Source of the DNA: Balanoglossus misakiensis
Lineage: Eukaryota > Animalia > Hemichordata
DNA length: 64,000 nt
Reading direction: 5' to 3'
Assembly (NCBI GenBank): GCA_040954595.2
Contig: CM082590.2
Span: 5,022,001 to 5,086,000, forward strand
Positions 36,123-48,237 of this stretch are shown in pieces. How positions within the stretch are numbered: the stretch's first letter is position 1; every line of letters starts with the position of its first letter. The position numbers and the translations under genes are program-made. Below the pieces are notes generated by a model. The model made no database searches and was not told where the DNA came from. It saw only the letters and a program-made list of their open reading frames with translations.

Positions 36123-36578
36123 CTGGAGAAAAAAACGTAAGCATTATAACATTATTATATTCTCTTTCCCCATTAACTCTTACTTTTCGCTGTTTTCAGT
36201 AAGTTTTGTATCACTACTGTAGTTTCTTGTTCAAATCCCCGAAGAATGGTGAAACTACCAGTATCAAGCTAACTAATTAACAAAACCTATATGTAAAGTC
36301 ATCATTGTTATTGTGCAAAGTTTGTATTCTAGTCCGGACTAGAATTCATTTTTTTCAACACACAATCCCATACACACAGAGAGTCAGACAGACAGACAGA
36401 CACGTGTTTATGCCGGATAATTCAAATTATGCATGAAAAGTTCACTTTAGAGGCATGGTTGACCAGCCCTACCTGTTGTTGGGGACTCGGTTGTCACGTC
36501 TGTCAATTTATTGAGTGTGATACAAGCACATGAAAGAAAGAAAACATCAATACATTATCATTACATGTGGTACATTAA

Positions 36579-36765
36579 AGGTATATAGTCACCTCTTAAA
36601 AATTAGCTATAGTTGTACCATGGCAAAATGAGATCAAGCAATTCACTGATTTTCAGTGGGTGGCACACGCGAAATAAAGAGCGCCACCATATCTTCTTTA
36701 GAACGCCCAAATACGCCATTTCAGCCATATATGGGCGTGTGTAAATTGGAGGTGACTGTATACCT
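36579..36765. mobile_element. TTAA-flanked MITE (Kolobok-like AGG...CCT termini)
   Basis: ttaa|aggtatatagtcacctc...gaggtgactgtatacct|ttaa. Confidence 0.8.
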
Positions 36766-37105
36766 TTAACGCTACATTCCCGGTTGGTGCAATGTTCATT
36801 ACACAACCTCTCATATGTGTAAATTCTACAACAACAACAACAACTAACAATCAATTAATCAAACAATCAATCAATCAATCAACAAAACATAATTATTCAA
36901 CCCAGGAAAATCAGTTTAGAGCCAAAAGTACTATTTCTTCTCTATAATCAGAAAAGTTGTTTGTACTTAGTTGAGTCATCAGCCTTTATATTCTGTTTTA
37001 GAAAACCGGAACATACGAGCATGTTTCCCCATTCTGGGCGTTTTTGGCCTTTAAATTTTCATCATTGATGGTGCTGGACATACACTGAATAAATTCAGAC
37101 GTTAC

Positions 37106-37516
37106 CTGCATCTGCAGTGCAGTTCTTCGTCCCTGCCTGAGCAGCAGTGGTACCAAAACCAGCACAGGCCACGTTGCTGGTGACGTCATCATCTGTCACT
37201 GTGATTGACCCACAGACTTTGGTGTAGGCGTCGCAGTTAGCAGCGTCGAGGGTAAGTGACGCAACCAGATCAGCGTAACTTCCGGACACCGTTACTGCTG
37301 TCCCGCCAGGTGCATTGCTCCCAGTCGCGGTCACTTCGGTTGATTTCGTGGAGCCATCGGCATTGCTGAAATACACTTTGACGTCACTAGGCGACCCGCC
37401 ATTTCCAGTTACTGTATATGCCAATGTGAAAGTGGTGGAGACGGATTCTCCAATGCGGAATACCCCACTTGCAGGAGCAGCCGATGTTACCATCAATGTC
37501 GAAGCAGCAATATCAT
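37106..37516 (-). CDS. Domain exon 2 of the surface protein (137 codons, Thr/Gly/Ala-rich, 4 Cys)
   Basis: 411-nt phase-1/1 exon, ttttag|...|gtaac, paralogous to exon 38974-39375. Confidence 0.85.
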
Positions 37517-37759
37517 CTAAAAAGGAAGACATGGTGTTGCTCAGTAACTTTGCACTTTCATTTATGTTTCAAATTTAAATGGAGAAAGTCTCTCTCTCGC
37601 CGCCATCGTACCGATTTGCACTGGTTTGGTCTGAGGGTCTCGTATAGGCTCTACTGATTAACACACACTTGGCAGTCTAACAGGCCTGGGAGCCAGGATT
37701 CTAGGCACCCTGGAAATCAAACCAGTTTCAACCGACTTGGCAGTGTTAGGGTTAATTAA

Positions 37760-38105
37760 AGGGACAAAATCACTCTCTCGCTGCCCTTTTTCCATTAATT
37801 ATGTTTGATACACCGTTTATTTTATTCTATATGTGGATATATAGTGAATCAACGTTCGACCACACACATCTTCCATCCCGTTTGAAAGATAGGAGAGTAA
37901 AAATCTCGCCAAAATGTATAAATGGTATACACCGATTATTCATTTTGGCGAGTTGTTCACTCTTATGTCTTTAAGTGGGATGAAAGTTGTGTGTGGTTGA
38001 ACGTTGATTCACTATATATATATCCACATGTAGAATAACATAACCAGTGTCTTGTATCAAACATAATTAATGGAAAAAAATGCAGCGAGAGGGGGCTTTG
38101 TCCCT
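37760..38105. mobile_element. Full TTAA-flanked MITE (Kolobok-like), AGGGACAAAGTC family
   Basis: TTAA TSD, long imperfect TIRs, and several related copies in the window. Confidence 0.85.
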
Positions 38106-38973
38106 TTAATGATGTGCATGCATGTCACCACCGTCCAATAACAATCAGATACGATAAAGGAATATTCATGTTTTCCAAACATTCTGCAGTTATGTAAATG
38201 TATTTCTTAGAGACAATTGAGCTTATTTTGTCTGTTAGTATATTAAGATAACATTTATTACAAATTGCCAAAAAATTAAAGAGATCTCAGAACAGTCAGA
38301 AATTCAGACAATTTTAAAAAAAGAAAGTGAAATATTTCAAAGAAAAATAAAACTATAATGTCTCAGTGGAGTACAGTTACATACATTTGTTTTAGTGGAT
38401 GGGATTATGCTTTGTTTATAAAGTTTCAAAGAGGAGAATGCAACATTTTCATTGTTTTTTTAGTGTTCCAATGGTGGCCGCCATATGCCTTTGCGGTAAA
38501 GCTTGATTATTTATTTGGTTAAAACTTGCACACGCAATTTACACATATATGCTTCAGTGCATTCATCACTATATGGGCTAATGGTTGTACAGTTGACGTG
38601 GTTTTTTGGGGGAGGGTAGTTCTCCCCCCAAAATTAAATCTCATGAAGCTTTTAGGTATTCCTCGATATCAAATGACGTCAGACGCGCCCAGGCGGCAGT
38701 TACGTTGGCATTCAAATTTCCAGATGACGGGCAACTTCAGCAACGTGGTGCAGACAAAGACTGTGCAGACGAAATGCAATGAGGTTGATGAGGCACCATG
38801 CTTGATACATCTTACGTGTCTGGCGGTTCTAAAGTTAAAACAAACTCGGAAAAACTTTCAATTGATGCCGAAATATTGCTTGCCCATCATCTGAAAATGA
38901 CAACGCCGTGGGTCACATGGCCAGATCACGTGACTGATAGTAAGGAATAGTTTCGCAATAATTTAATACTCAC

Positions 38974-39375
38974 TACAGATTTTGGTGCCGGCTTTGTCAG
39001 CGCCAGCGCCAAAGTCAACACACGCCTCGTTGTTGGTGGCGTCATCATCCGTCACTGTGATGGCAGCACACAGTTTGGTGTATGTGGCACAGTTAGCGGT
39101 ATAGAGTATTAGCGAAGCCGTGAGGTCCCGGAAACTCCCAGAAGCTCCGTATTGTATAGTGCCGCGCGGTGCATCCATACCACCTGCCGTGACTTCACCC
39201 GACTTTGTTGAGCCTCCAGCGTTGCTGAAGTAGATCTTCACAGCGGTAGGTGTTGCTCCAGCCCCTGTTACAGTATATGCCAGTGTAAAGGTGGTAAATA
39301 CACCCGTCCCATCTGTAAATCCACCCGTTGTTGGGTCTGGTACGGTTACCGTTAATGTTGTCGCTGCCATGTCAT
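38974..39375 (-). CDS. Domain exon 1 of the surface protein (134 codons)
   Basis: 402-nt phase-1/1 exon, tttcag|...|gtgagt. It shares TTFTLAYTVTG, VKxYFSNAxGSTKS, ANC..YTKxC..ITVTDDD...N.AC..FG...AGTKxC with exon 2. Confidence 0.85.
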
Positions 39376-39640
39376 CTGAAACACGAAACAAACAAAACTG
39401 ATTTCTACATTTGTACATAATTAAATATTAATTCGTAATTGATGACGCATTTATTTGTTATTATCACTATTTAATGGTTTGTTCCAACCTGCTTGTGTTT
39501 AACAGTGAGGGTATGACGAGTCTTCAGGGTCTATTTTACTAGTGGAAATACATGGACTGATTTTCATTGTGTGACCGGAACTACTTTCGGGAATTGATCG
39601 GCTGGCTTGTACACAGCGTGAACGGTTATGCCCAGTGATA

Positions 39641-40224
39641 AGTATACACATGATGACTGACTATGAGGGCAACAGTATACACATGATGACTGACAATGAG
39701 GGCAACAGTATACACATGATGACTGACAATGAGGGCAACAGTATACACATGATGACTGACAATGAGGGCAACAGTATACACATGATGACTGACAATGAGG
39801 GCAACAGTATACACATGATGACTGACAATGAGGGCAACAGTATACACATGATGACTGACAATGAGGGCAACAGTATACACATGATGACTGACTATGAGGG
39901 CAACAGTATACACATGATGACTGACAATGAGGGCAACAGTATACACATGATGACTGACAATGAGGGCAACAGTATACACATGATGACTGACAATGAGGGC
40001 AACAGTATACACATGATGACTGACAATGAGGGCAACAGTATACACATGATGACTGACAATGAGGGCAACAGTATACACATGATGACTGACAATGAGGGCA
40101 ACAGTGTATTTTTGATGACTGAGGGCGCTGCTAGTCACAACTAAAACAGACTGTTTTGGTGTGACTGGCCGTCCCGAGGTCATCAAAAATACACTGTTGC
40201 CCTCATTGTCAGTCATCATGTGTT
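39641..40224. repeat. 33-bp minisatellite (~14 copies) ending in a ~150-bp hairpin
   Basis: The unit is agtatacacatgatgactgacaatgagggcaac. ~40075-40119 is inverted at ~40179-40223 around a self-complementary core. Confidence 0.95.
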
Positions 40225-40698
40225 TTATAACACACAAAACATGACTCACACCACATCCAGGCAACAGTACCGGGCAGACACCGATCAAACTGATGCCCAA
40301 GGGAACAGTTAAAAATGACTAAGGTCATGTGATGGCATATTGACGAATCACAATCGAAGGTTAATTATATGCATACCTAATTCCAGGTGGACCAATAGCG
40401 CTAGAGGTCTGGTTTATGTTGGACATGAACCAGTATAGGGTCAAAATGTTCTGCCAAAATTTTGGGTGACCTTAGGTGACCCTGACCTACTTTCCCATAT
40501 CTCGGCATCCAAAGCACATACAGCCTTGGCATTTGGAGGGATGGAACACCTAATGGAGTCTTACACTTGACCTCTTCCACTGTTATGGTGCGCAAATTCG
40601 ATGGTTGACCTATGTTGACCCCATTCACGCCATGTGCCAGTTTGGCGAGGGCCCCGCTACTGCTGCTTGCAGCTATATTTTTTGCAGTGTATACATAC

Positions 40699-40771
40699 CT
40701 GGAATTTGAGCCTGGCATATAGACAGGAAACCGAGTAGGGAGACGAGAGCCAGTGGCAGGCAGAGGGACCC
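40699..40771 (-). CDS. Signal-peptide-like exon of the surface protein (start codon or acceptor not identified)
   Basis: GSLCLPLALVSLLGFLSICQAQIP is followed by a g|gtatgt phase-1 donor compatible with the exon starting at 39375. There is no in-frame ATG or AG acceptor immediately upstream. Confidence 0.65.
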
Positions 40772-41305
40772 GTGATTGATTGAATGAATGCAAAGAAAAG
40801 GAGTGAAACATTACAAACGCGCAGCGTCAGTCACATCTTGTGTTTCTCTCGTCTGTATTCAATACACGCAATTTGTTCAAGGAAATACCTTCATTAGAGG
40901 CTCTTTTCTCGATCCCAGGGCAGAACAATGGATTCAAACACGAAAGCCTTTGTCTTAGCACGTAACTGTTTATTGGAAACAAAAGATTTGACCCACTGCT
41001 GAGTAAGGCCTTTAAAGGCACATAAGCTGCAACTTTTGGGATAATTATCATAATTTGTTTTCAAACTGTACAAACATTAGCCCTTGCAAATGTAGGCACT
41101 GAACTATATACAAGTATTAAAATCGCTAAATATGAGTGCTGTTTCCCAACCTAAGAAACGTGTACATGGTGATAATATTCTACGTGGTAGAAGTTGATTT
41201 CGTGAAGGAATACAAAGGGGGCCGGCTGGCAACGTAAGTGGAATGGCGTAAGGCGTAAGTACCGGAGATTTTCTGAGTCCTTTACCGCTCCGATCCCCAT
41301 ATTAA

Positions 41306-41649
41306 AGGGACACAGTCTCTCTCACTGCCCGTTTTTCTATTAATTATGTTTGATGCAAGATACTGTTTATGTTATTCTACATGTGGATATATAGTGAATC
41401 AATGTTCGACCACACACAACTTTCATCCCGTTTGTAGGATATGAGAGTAAAAATCTCGCCAAAATGAATAAATGGTAAACACCGATTATTCATTTTGGCG
41501 AGTTTTTAACTCTTGTGTCTACAAGTTGGATTGAAGTTGTGTGTGGTTGAACGTAGACTCGCTATATATCCACTTGTAGAATAATATAAACAGTGTCTCT
41601 TATCAAATATAATTAATGGAAAAAGGGCAGCGAGAGAGACTTTGTCCCT
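41306..41649. mobile_element. Full TTAA-flanked MITE, AGGGACAAAGTC family
   Basis: TTAA TSD, TIRs, and sequence closely matching 37760-38105. Confidence 0.85.
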
Positions 41650-42413
41650 TTAACAAAGTTTAAAGATAAAAAGTCCACCAAGTTCACGTAAAGCAAATGT
41701 TGAAGTTATCAATGCAGATATTTAACACAAAGACCAAAGCATCTGATCCATCACAACGATACTGAGTAAAATGACAATGTCAGCAGGCGATAATTTCGTC
41801 ATGGCAGCAAAGAGTATGGTAGCCAAATAAAGCCACTGAATTTTGAAACCTACCCCATTTTTCAGCTTCAGTGTTACAACCAGTGATGTATTTGGAAGTT
41901 GTCTTCAATGCAGAAGTGCTCGAACTACTGGGACGATGGCAACAGAACTCTATATACATAAACAGTGCCCGTGATGAGAGTGTTTTGCATAACAAGACTG
42001 ATTGGTTCATTGCCAAAAAAACTGAGATATACTTTCTGGATTATACCGTACTATAAAGTGCACCTTTGAGTTTGGTGACCGTGAGTACACTTATGAAGTC
42101 GCGGTGTGATGAGCACGTTATTGTAAAAGAAACCGGGCTATGGTCAACAAACACTATTGTTTGGAATGCATTGTTTTGTGAGATAAACCACACAGATGAC
42201 TGTCCTTCATCAAAAGAATGACCGACAACACGTACAGAGAGAATGAAAAAAGTAGTTCCTTTCAATACACCTCATCACTCATAAAGATAACTTCTGTACG
42301 GCACAGATCATGCGCAGAGGTCATGAAGTTCTACATATTCTTCTACATGTTCTTTGTCTCTGGCGTTCCATGCGTCGGATTTCGCCAGTAGAGAAGTTGT
42401 ATTCAGCTAAATA

Positions 42414-42765
42414 CATTCAATTCAATTCAATTCAATTCAATTTTATTTCACTTTCAATTTTTACATCGAGTGGTGAAAAATGTACTGATAAAGTGAAAAA
42501 AGGAGGTAGGAAAAATAGTGCATTCGCACTAGTCAAGTCTACCCCCTCATGGTGAACAGTAGAACACTTGGTTAGTAATACATACAAAAGGAAAAAATAA
42601 AAGTCAAACTATACTTTTCCTAACAAGGATTTCATCTGTTTCTTAAATGAACATTTTGACCTTGTTGAGCGCATATTTTCAGGAAGTTTATTCCAAACCT
42701 TTGCTGCAGTGTACTTTATGGAATGTTGGCCAGCATTACTGTTATATTTCGGAATAAAAAGTAAT
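42414..42765 (-). mobile_element. 3' end of a CR1/L2-group LINE with an (ATTGA)n tail
   Basis: SIKYTAAKVWNKLP...SFKKQMK C-terminal motif, followed on the minus strand by AATAAA and a pentanucleotide tail. Confidence 0.7.
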
Positions 42766-42995
42766 GTAAATTTAAAAAACAAACGACATATATCTGATTG
42801 ATACATTGTTCGTGGATTAATCAAATGACTGTGTTTTTTATTCAATTGATGTTAATGGTGTTCGACTAGAAACAGTTCTACACCACCTGCACAAGATGAT
42901 TGGTTTACAAAGCAAGAATGAAAAGTCAGTTTCATAATGCTAAAACATAACAAAAAGTATCAATCAGATATATGTCGTTTGTTTTTTAAATTTAC
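42766..42995. mobile_element. Small element with ~39-bp perfect inverted repeats
   Basis: gtaaatttaaaaaacaaacgacatatatctgattgatac and its reverse complement at 42957-42995. Confidence 0.7.
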
Positions 42996-43013
42996 TTTCG
43001 TCAGATTCATTAA

Positions 43014-43518
43014 AGGCACATAAGCTGCAACTTTTGGGATAATTATCATAATTTTTGTTTCACACTGCACTACCATTAGTCCATGCAGATGAAGGCAGTG
43101 AATTATACACAAGCATCATAAACCCTAAATATGAGTGCATATGCAAGCTTTAACCAGATAAATAATAAAGCTTTGCCGCAAGCGAATATGGCCGCCACAG
43201 TGGGAAAATGCAAGAAACAATGAAAATGTTGCATTTCTGGTTATGAAACTTCATAAACGAAACATGATCTCATCCACTTGAGCTCATGGATGTAAATGTA
43301 CACCTCTGAGACATAATATTTTTCTTTTTCATTGCAATATTGCACTTTTGATGAAATTGCAGGAATGTTCGTTTTTCTTTAATTTTAGCCATTTTGTCAT
43401 AAATAAGTGTTGAGCTTGATATATTATCATGAAAAAATCATTTAATAGACGTAATTAAAAGCATATATGACATTATTTAAAACTTTAATTTTTTTATCCA
43501 GTTGCAGCTCATGTGCCT
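43014..43518. mobile_element. TTAA-flanked MITE (Kolobok-like); partial second copy starting ~41015
   Basis: ttaa|aggcacataagctgcaac...gttgcagctcatgtgcct|ttaa. Confidence 0.8.
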
Positions 43519-43898
43519 TTAACCCTATGTACGACGTTTATAGAGCCGGGGTGAAAGCGTTTATACATACTTATTATAAAAAGGACATAGCTGTATTTTT
43601 TTGTTTTGTTTTCATCATTTTGTGTTCTGTGTACCAAATGCAACTTTTTGTTCTACTGCCAACAGAATGGTAATATATATCTAGTACTCCTCTTGTCACC
43701 ATAGCCTGTAAGTGTGTAACTGCCATTGTTGTTGTTGACGAATGAATTCTAGTCCAGACTAGACTGCAAATTATGCACAATAACAATGCTGACTATACAC
43801 ATATAGGTTGTGTTAATAAGCTGGATACTGGGCATATCATCATACTTCAGGCATTTGAACAAGAAACTGCAGTAGATACACAAAACAAAGTACTCAAA

Positions 43899-44214
43899 CA
43901 TGTAGAATAACATAAACAATGTCTTGTATCAAACATAATTAATGGAAAAGGGGCAGCGAGAGAGAGACTTTGTCCTGGGAGGTGTGTGTGGTCGAACGTT
44001 GATTCACTATATATTCACATGTAGAATAACATAAACAATGTCTTGTATCAAACATAATTAATGGAAAAGGGGCAGCGAGAGAGAGACTTTGTCCTGGGAG
44101 GTGTGTGTGGTCGAACGTTGATTCACTATATATTCACATGTAGAATAACATAAACAATGTCTTGTATCAAACATAATTAATAGAAAAGGGCAGCGAGAGA
44201 GAGACTTTGTCCCT
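43899..44214. repeat. Tandemly reiterated right end (~120-bp unit, ~2.6 copies) of the AGGGACAAAGTC MITE
   Basis: catgtagaataacataaac...gagactttgtcc occurs three times, and the last copy ends ccct|ttaa. Confidence 0.85.
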
Positions 44215-47200
44215 TTAATTGAACACGTGTGAAAAGAGCTCTAAACACTAAAAGTACAATCAACCTGTAAAAATAGCACTGGTGTTAACGCGTACAATGA
44301 AATGCTTCCTCTGAATACAAGTAAAAGAAATCATCTTCCAAAGAGCTTCCCTTTCATTGACATCACGGTGCGGGCGCTGAGTGTATAAAGAAGGCCTTGT
44401 TAATCATCGTGACCTGGTTTCACCCTAATGCAATTGGGTTCACTGTTGAACGTGTGCCAATTCAAGAGTGAACCAGACTGTCTGGATGTTTTGCGTCTGG
44501 CCATTTTTTGCAATGAGACTCAGATACCTACACAGGCCGTTCACTTATACATTTCACAAAAGAAGAGACGAAGGCCACTGATCAGCTACCATACATGCAC
44601 ACTCTAAAGCCAATCACTTTCCCGCAATTCTCCCTAACTTAAATAGGTTTTAAGCTACCTAAGTGAGTGATGAAAATCTCATATGGTCGACACAATTTCA
44701 AGATGGCCGGTTGAGGGCGCGTCAGTAAAGAGCCTTGTAGCGAACCGTGGGCTGTGAGAGAGTCTAAGGTCAGTGAGTGTCTCTGACTGTGTGTCCCAGG
44801 GCTGCTTGAAAGAAGTTGCACTGCTTGTAAGATTGCCTTGACACATGACACTTGATTGGGCATGTTCCTATAGTTCTATTTCTTTTTCACATTTCCATAT
44901 TTAGAAATGGTTAGGTCATATCTGCCAATGTTACCTGCAGTGTTCTCTTAACAAACACATTTTTTTAAAGCTTTGAGTCAATTTGAAGATTTGTAAAAAA
45001 TTCTCTGAATCTGTACTTTGCATGTATTGTGGATAATTTCCTTGAGTCACCAGTGAGTCAGTGGTGCATCATATGGGCTTAGAGGGCACACTGACAGTGA
45101 CAAAACTATACCCCAAAGCTTTCCATAATTGTCCCAAGCAGACATACATTTCCTTAACTTCGCCTCCATAGGCGTAGGAATCAGGAGGGGGGGGGGGGGG
45201 TGGTCACTTGCCCCCCCCCCCTTCCAATGCTGAAGTAGGGGGGGGGGCAAAGAAATACTTTTGCCCCCCCCCCCCTCAACTTTAGGGACAAAAAATTGCG
45301 GTTTCGAGATTGTTATATTACAAAATATTCTAATGTCAGAGGGGGACACCCCTGCCCACACCCACCCCTTTCATTCTTTGACACCTTTCATGTATTGCCT
45401 GGTGAACCTAGGCAGAATACTTGCCCCCCTCCCCCCACCAATGCTAACTTTGATCGGCGAAGGTTAAATTTGTCCTCCCCAACATCGTAGAGTTAATTTG
45501 CTTTTGAGTTCATTAAAATGCAGCTTTGAGCTTTGTATTTAATAAAATGTTCTAACATGGGAGGGGGGCACCCACTCCCAAACTCATCTTTACCAATTCT
45601 ACTTACTATTGTAATGACTTGTCCTTTTAATTTGTTCATATATTAATTTAATTATTTTAATTTATTCATGTCTGCAAATTTCCATTGTAAGTCATTCACC
45701 ACCAGAACGTTGGTTAAATTTGCCCTCCCCCCCCCCCCCCCCTAACCATGAATTGCTCCCTAAGCCCCATTTGGGCTTAGATTATTCCTCAAATAATTTA
45801 GCGAAAACATAAACAGAAAATCATTTCAAACAAATGCAACGCAATTTGAATGATGACCGATGGGCTATTCATTGTCCTATCATAGAACATTGAAAGGGTA
45901 TATAAATAAGGCTTCCAACAAAAGGTACTTCATAATTAAATGTAGATTCAAGAATTATTTTTCAGTTAAAATGAATATAGTGCAAACAAATTCTGAAAAT
46001 ATTGTGTCAATTTTATTCAAACAAAATTGCCAATATTGGAATGAATTCTTCAAATACATGTAATCAATAATTGAAATATCAACCTGTCTTCTTTATTAGT
46101 ATATGTAGACATCTTAAAACACTATCATTCTTATGAATATGCCCATAACATCATTGATGTAGTTTTTTTTCAAACAAGTTGATGTTCATTTGTGTGTTTG
46201 TTTTTGTGTGGCATCTGTCTCTGCAATTTACATATTGTTTGAAAGACTCATAAACAGAGAGTTCAAATGAGGGGTAAATTCAGTATGTTCTAAAATAATT
46301 CAATACAAACAAAGTTGTCCTAATCATGACAGCTGTCCCTGACACAGATGTACACATGGCCAATAATGGCACTGGCTAAACACATCTGTTTGACCCGCGT
46401 CTATTAACTTTACAAGTTTACCTTCACATTGATAAACTAGGGATTGACCAGCCAGGTTAACACATTTGGGAAAAATATGCTAAAAGCATAGAAGGGATGG
46501 TTTTACAGGAACAACATCCAAAACAAAAGGATCAGATCAGAGTGAATAATCCAAGCTGGCCAGTTTCTGTGTGGGGGATATTTGTGAGGGGATACTTCAC
46601 ACATCTAGTTCTTTAAAACACAATATAGAAAACGTACATACAAAAGCTTTTAAAAGGAAACATTACATTAACTGTGACTTGGGAGTATTACCAATTTGTG
46701 TGTATTGAACATACCTGTAGCGATAACAATAAGCTGTGGTTTAAGTATTTTATCGACAAAATTATCAGATTGTACAGATGGTCTTAGAAAAACCTTGGTT
46801 ATTGAGCTGTCTTAAACACAGAAACTCCTGAAGTTTTTTGTCCTATTACTGAATATTCGAGCAGATATTGTCATTGCAATTAACCTTGTTCCTGCTGGAT
46901 CAATGGATAAAGAGAACACTGAGTTAACATGAAATAAAGTCTGTCCCCACATGTCTGAGTAATGGTTCCATACAAAAGGATTCACTGACAGACGGAATGT
47001 TATCTTTAAGACAGCTGGTTTGGATCCAAGGGAATGAAATGAAATCACTATTTGCCATTTCTGTCAAGATTATAGTACATCAATTAAATTTTGCATATAT
47101 CACATGTTGATATGCATAATTGAAGACATTAAACTTGTGACAGATAAGCATTAAAACACCATATACATTTTCAGAGAAAAAATACGAGTCACAAGAAACA

Positions 47201-48237
47201 AAAGGCAAGTATTAAACTAACACACCAAAAACTGCCTTATATTGATAAACTTAGCCTGAAAGTTGCAAATGAATGTTATAATGGAAACATTCCTGATTCA
47301 AGAGGACATTTAAACATGAAATTCTTTAAAAACGCAAGTTAGATAATTTTACATTGATGCACAATACATAAAAGTACTTGGTCTAAAGATAGAAAATCTC
47401 TCTCTCTGTATATAAAGTAGATTTAGCTACACATCAACAGAATGTTTTTAATGCCAGCTGTGGTAAACTAGTCCAGAAAAGAAATCACCACTTAAAATGC
47501 AAATATAAATTGAGATACTGCAATCCAATTAACCTGGGTCATTTGATTATGTTACAAATGCAACCTCAAAGTTAATTTTCTCACAAGAAGATTGAAAGGC
47601 CAAATTTTTGTTTATCAACTCATAGGATTGGTCTCAGCACAGAGGATACTGCATGAGCAGTGTTCCCATTATATAGAGAGTGCCTACAATGTCATTTCAT
47701 CCAGTTATCTTTGACCGTGATTTCTTTTGGCCGATGAACATGGTGCTATCTGGTAAATGGTTAAGGAGCATCTAACTGGAAGATCTATTGTATAATTTCC
47801 TACAGTCACCTAAAAACAATTCCCACTATCACTAAACGCAGATCAAACATGAAATATTTCACTCTTTTGTCTAAATTTGACATTGTTGGAACTGTTCTGG
47901 GGATATATCCGAATAAACTGTATATAAGTATTATTCCTTGTACTTGGGAATAGTGTCGCAATTCTGCCATTATACCTATATACACAATGGGAAATGCAGT
48001 TACTGTGTAGTACATGTGTGGCCAGATCCAAATTCTGTAGTGTTTGGAATCTACCAGTCTTGCGCCCTCATGAGATGTTTGAGAGTACATTATGGATGCT
48101 AGGGTGTATTGATGGAAATGTTCGATTTATGTTTTGGTAACATTCATGCACATGTATTGTGGTATCACAGATACAATACTGTATGTGAACGTAGTGTATT
48201 GTGATAATCTTTGGGTGACACCCACATCATTGTGTCT

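Noticed and set aside
39626-40300. Repeat proteins (YTVALIVSHHV)n and (SIHMMTDNEGN)n
   Set aside because: A 33-bp unit keeps frames open on both strands automatically. There is almost no synonymous divergence, and the array lies inside an intron.
45167-45745. G/C homopolymer runs as a functional G-quadruplex cluster
   Set aside because: They look like the poly-G/poly-C tracts common inside invertebrate MITEs, homopolymer lengths are error-prone, and nothing else supports a function.
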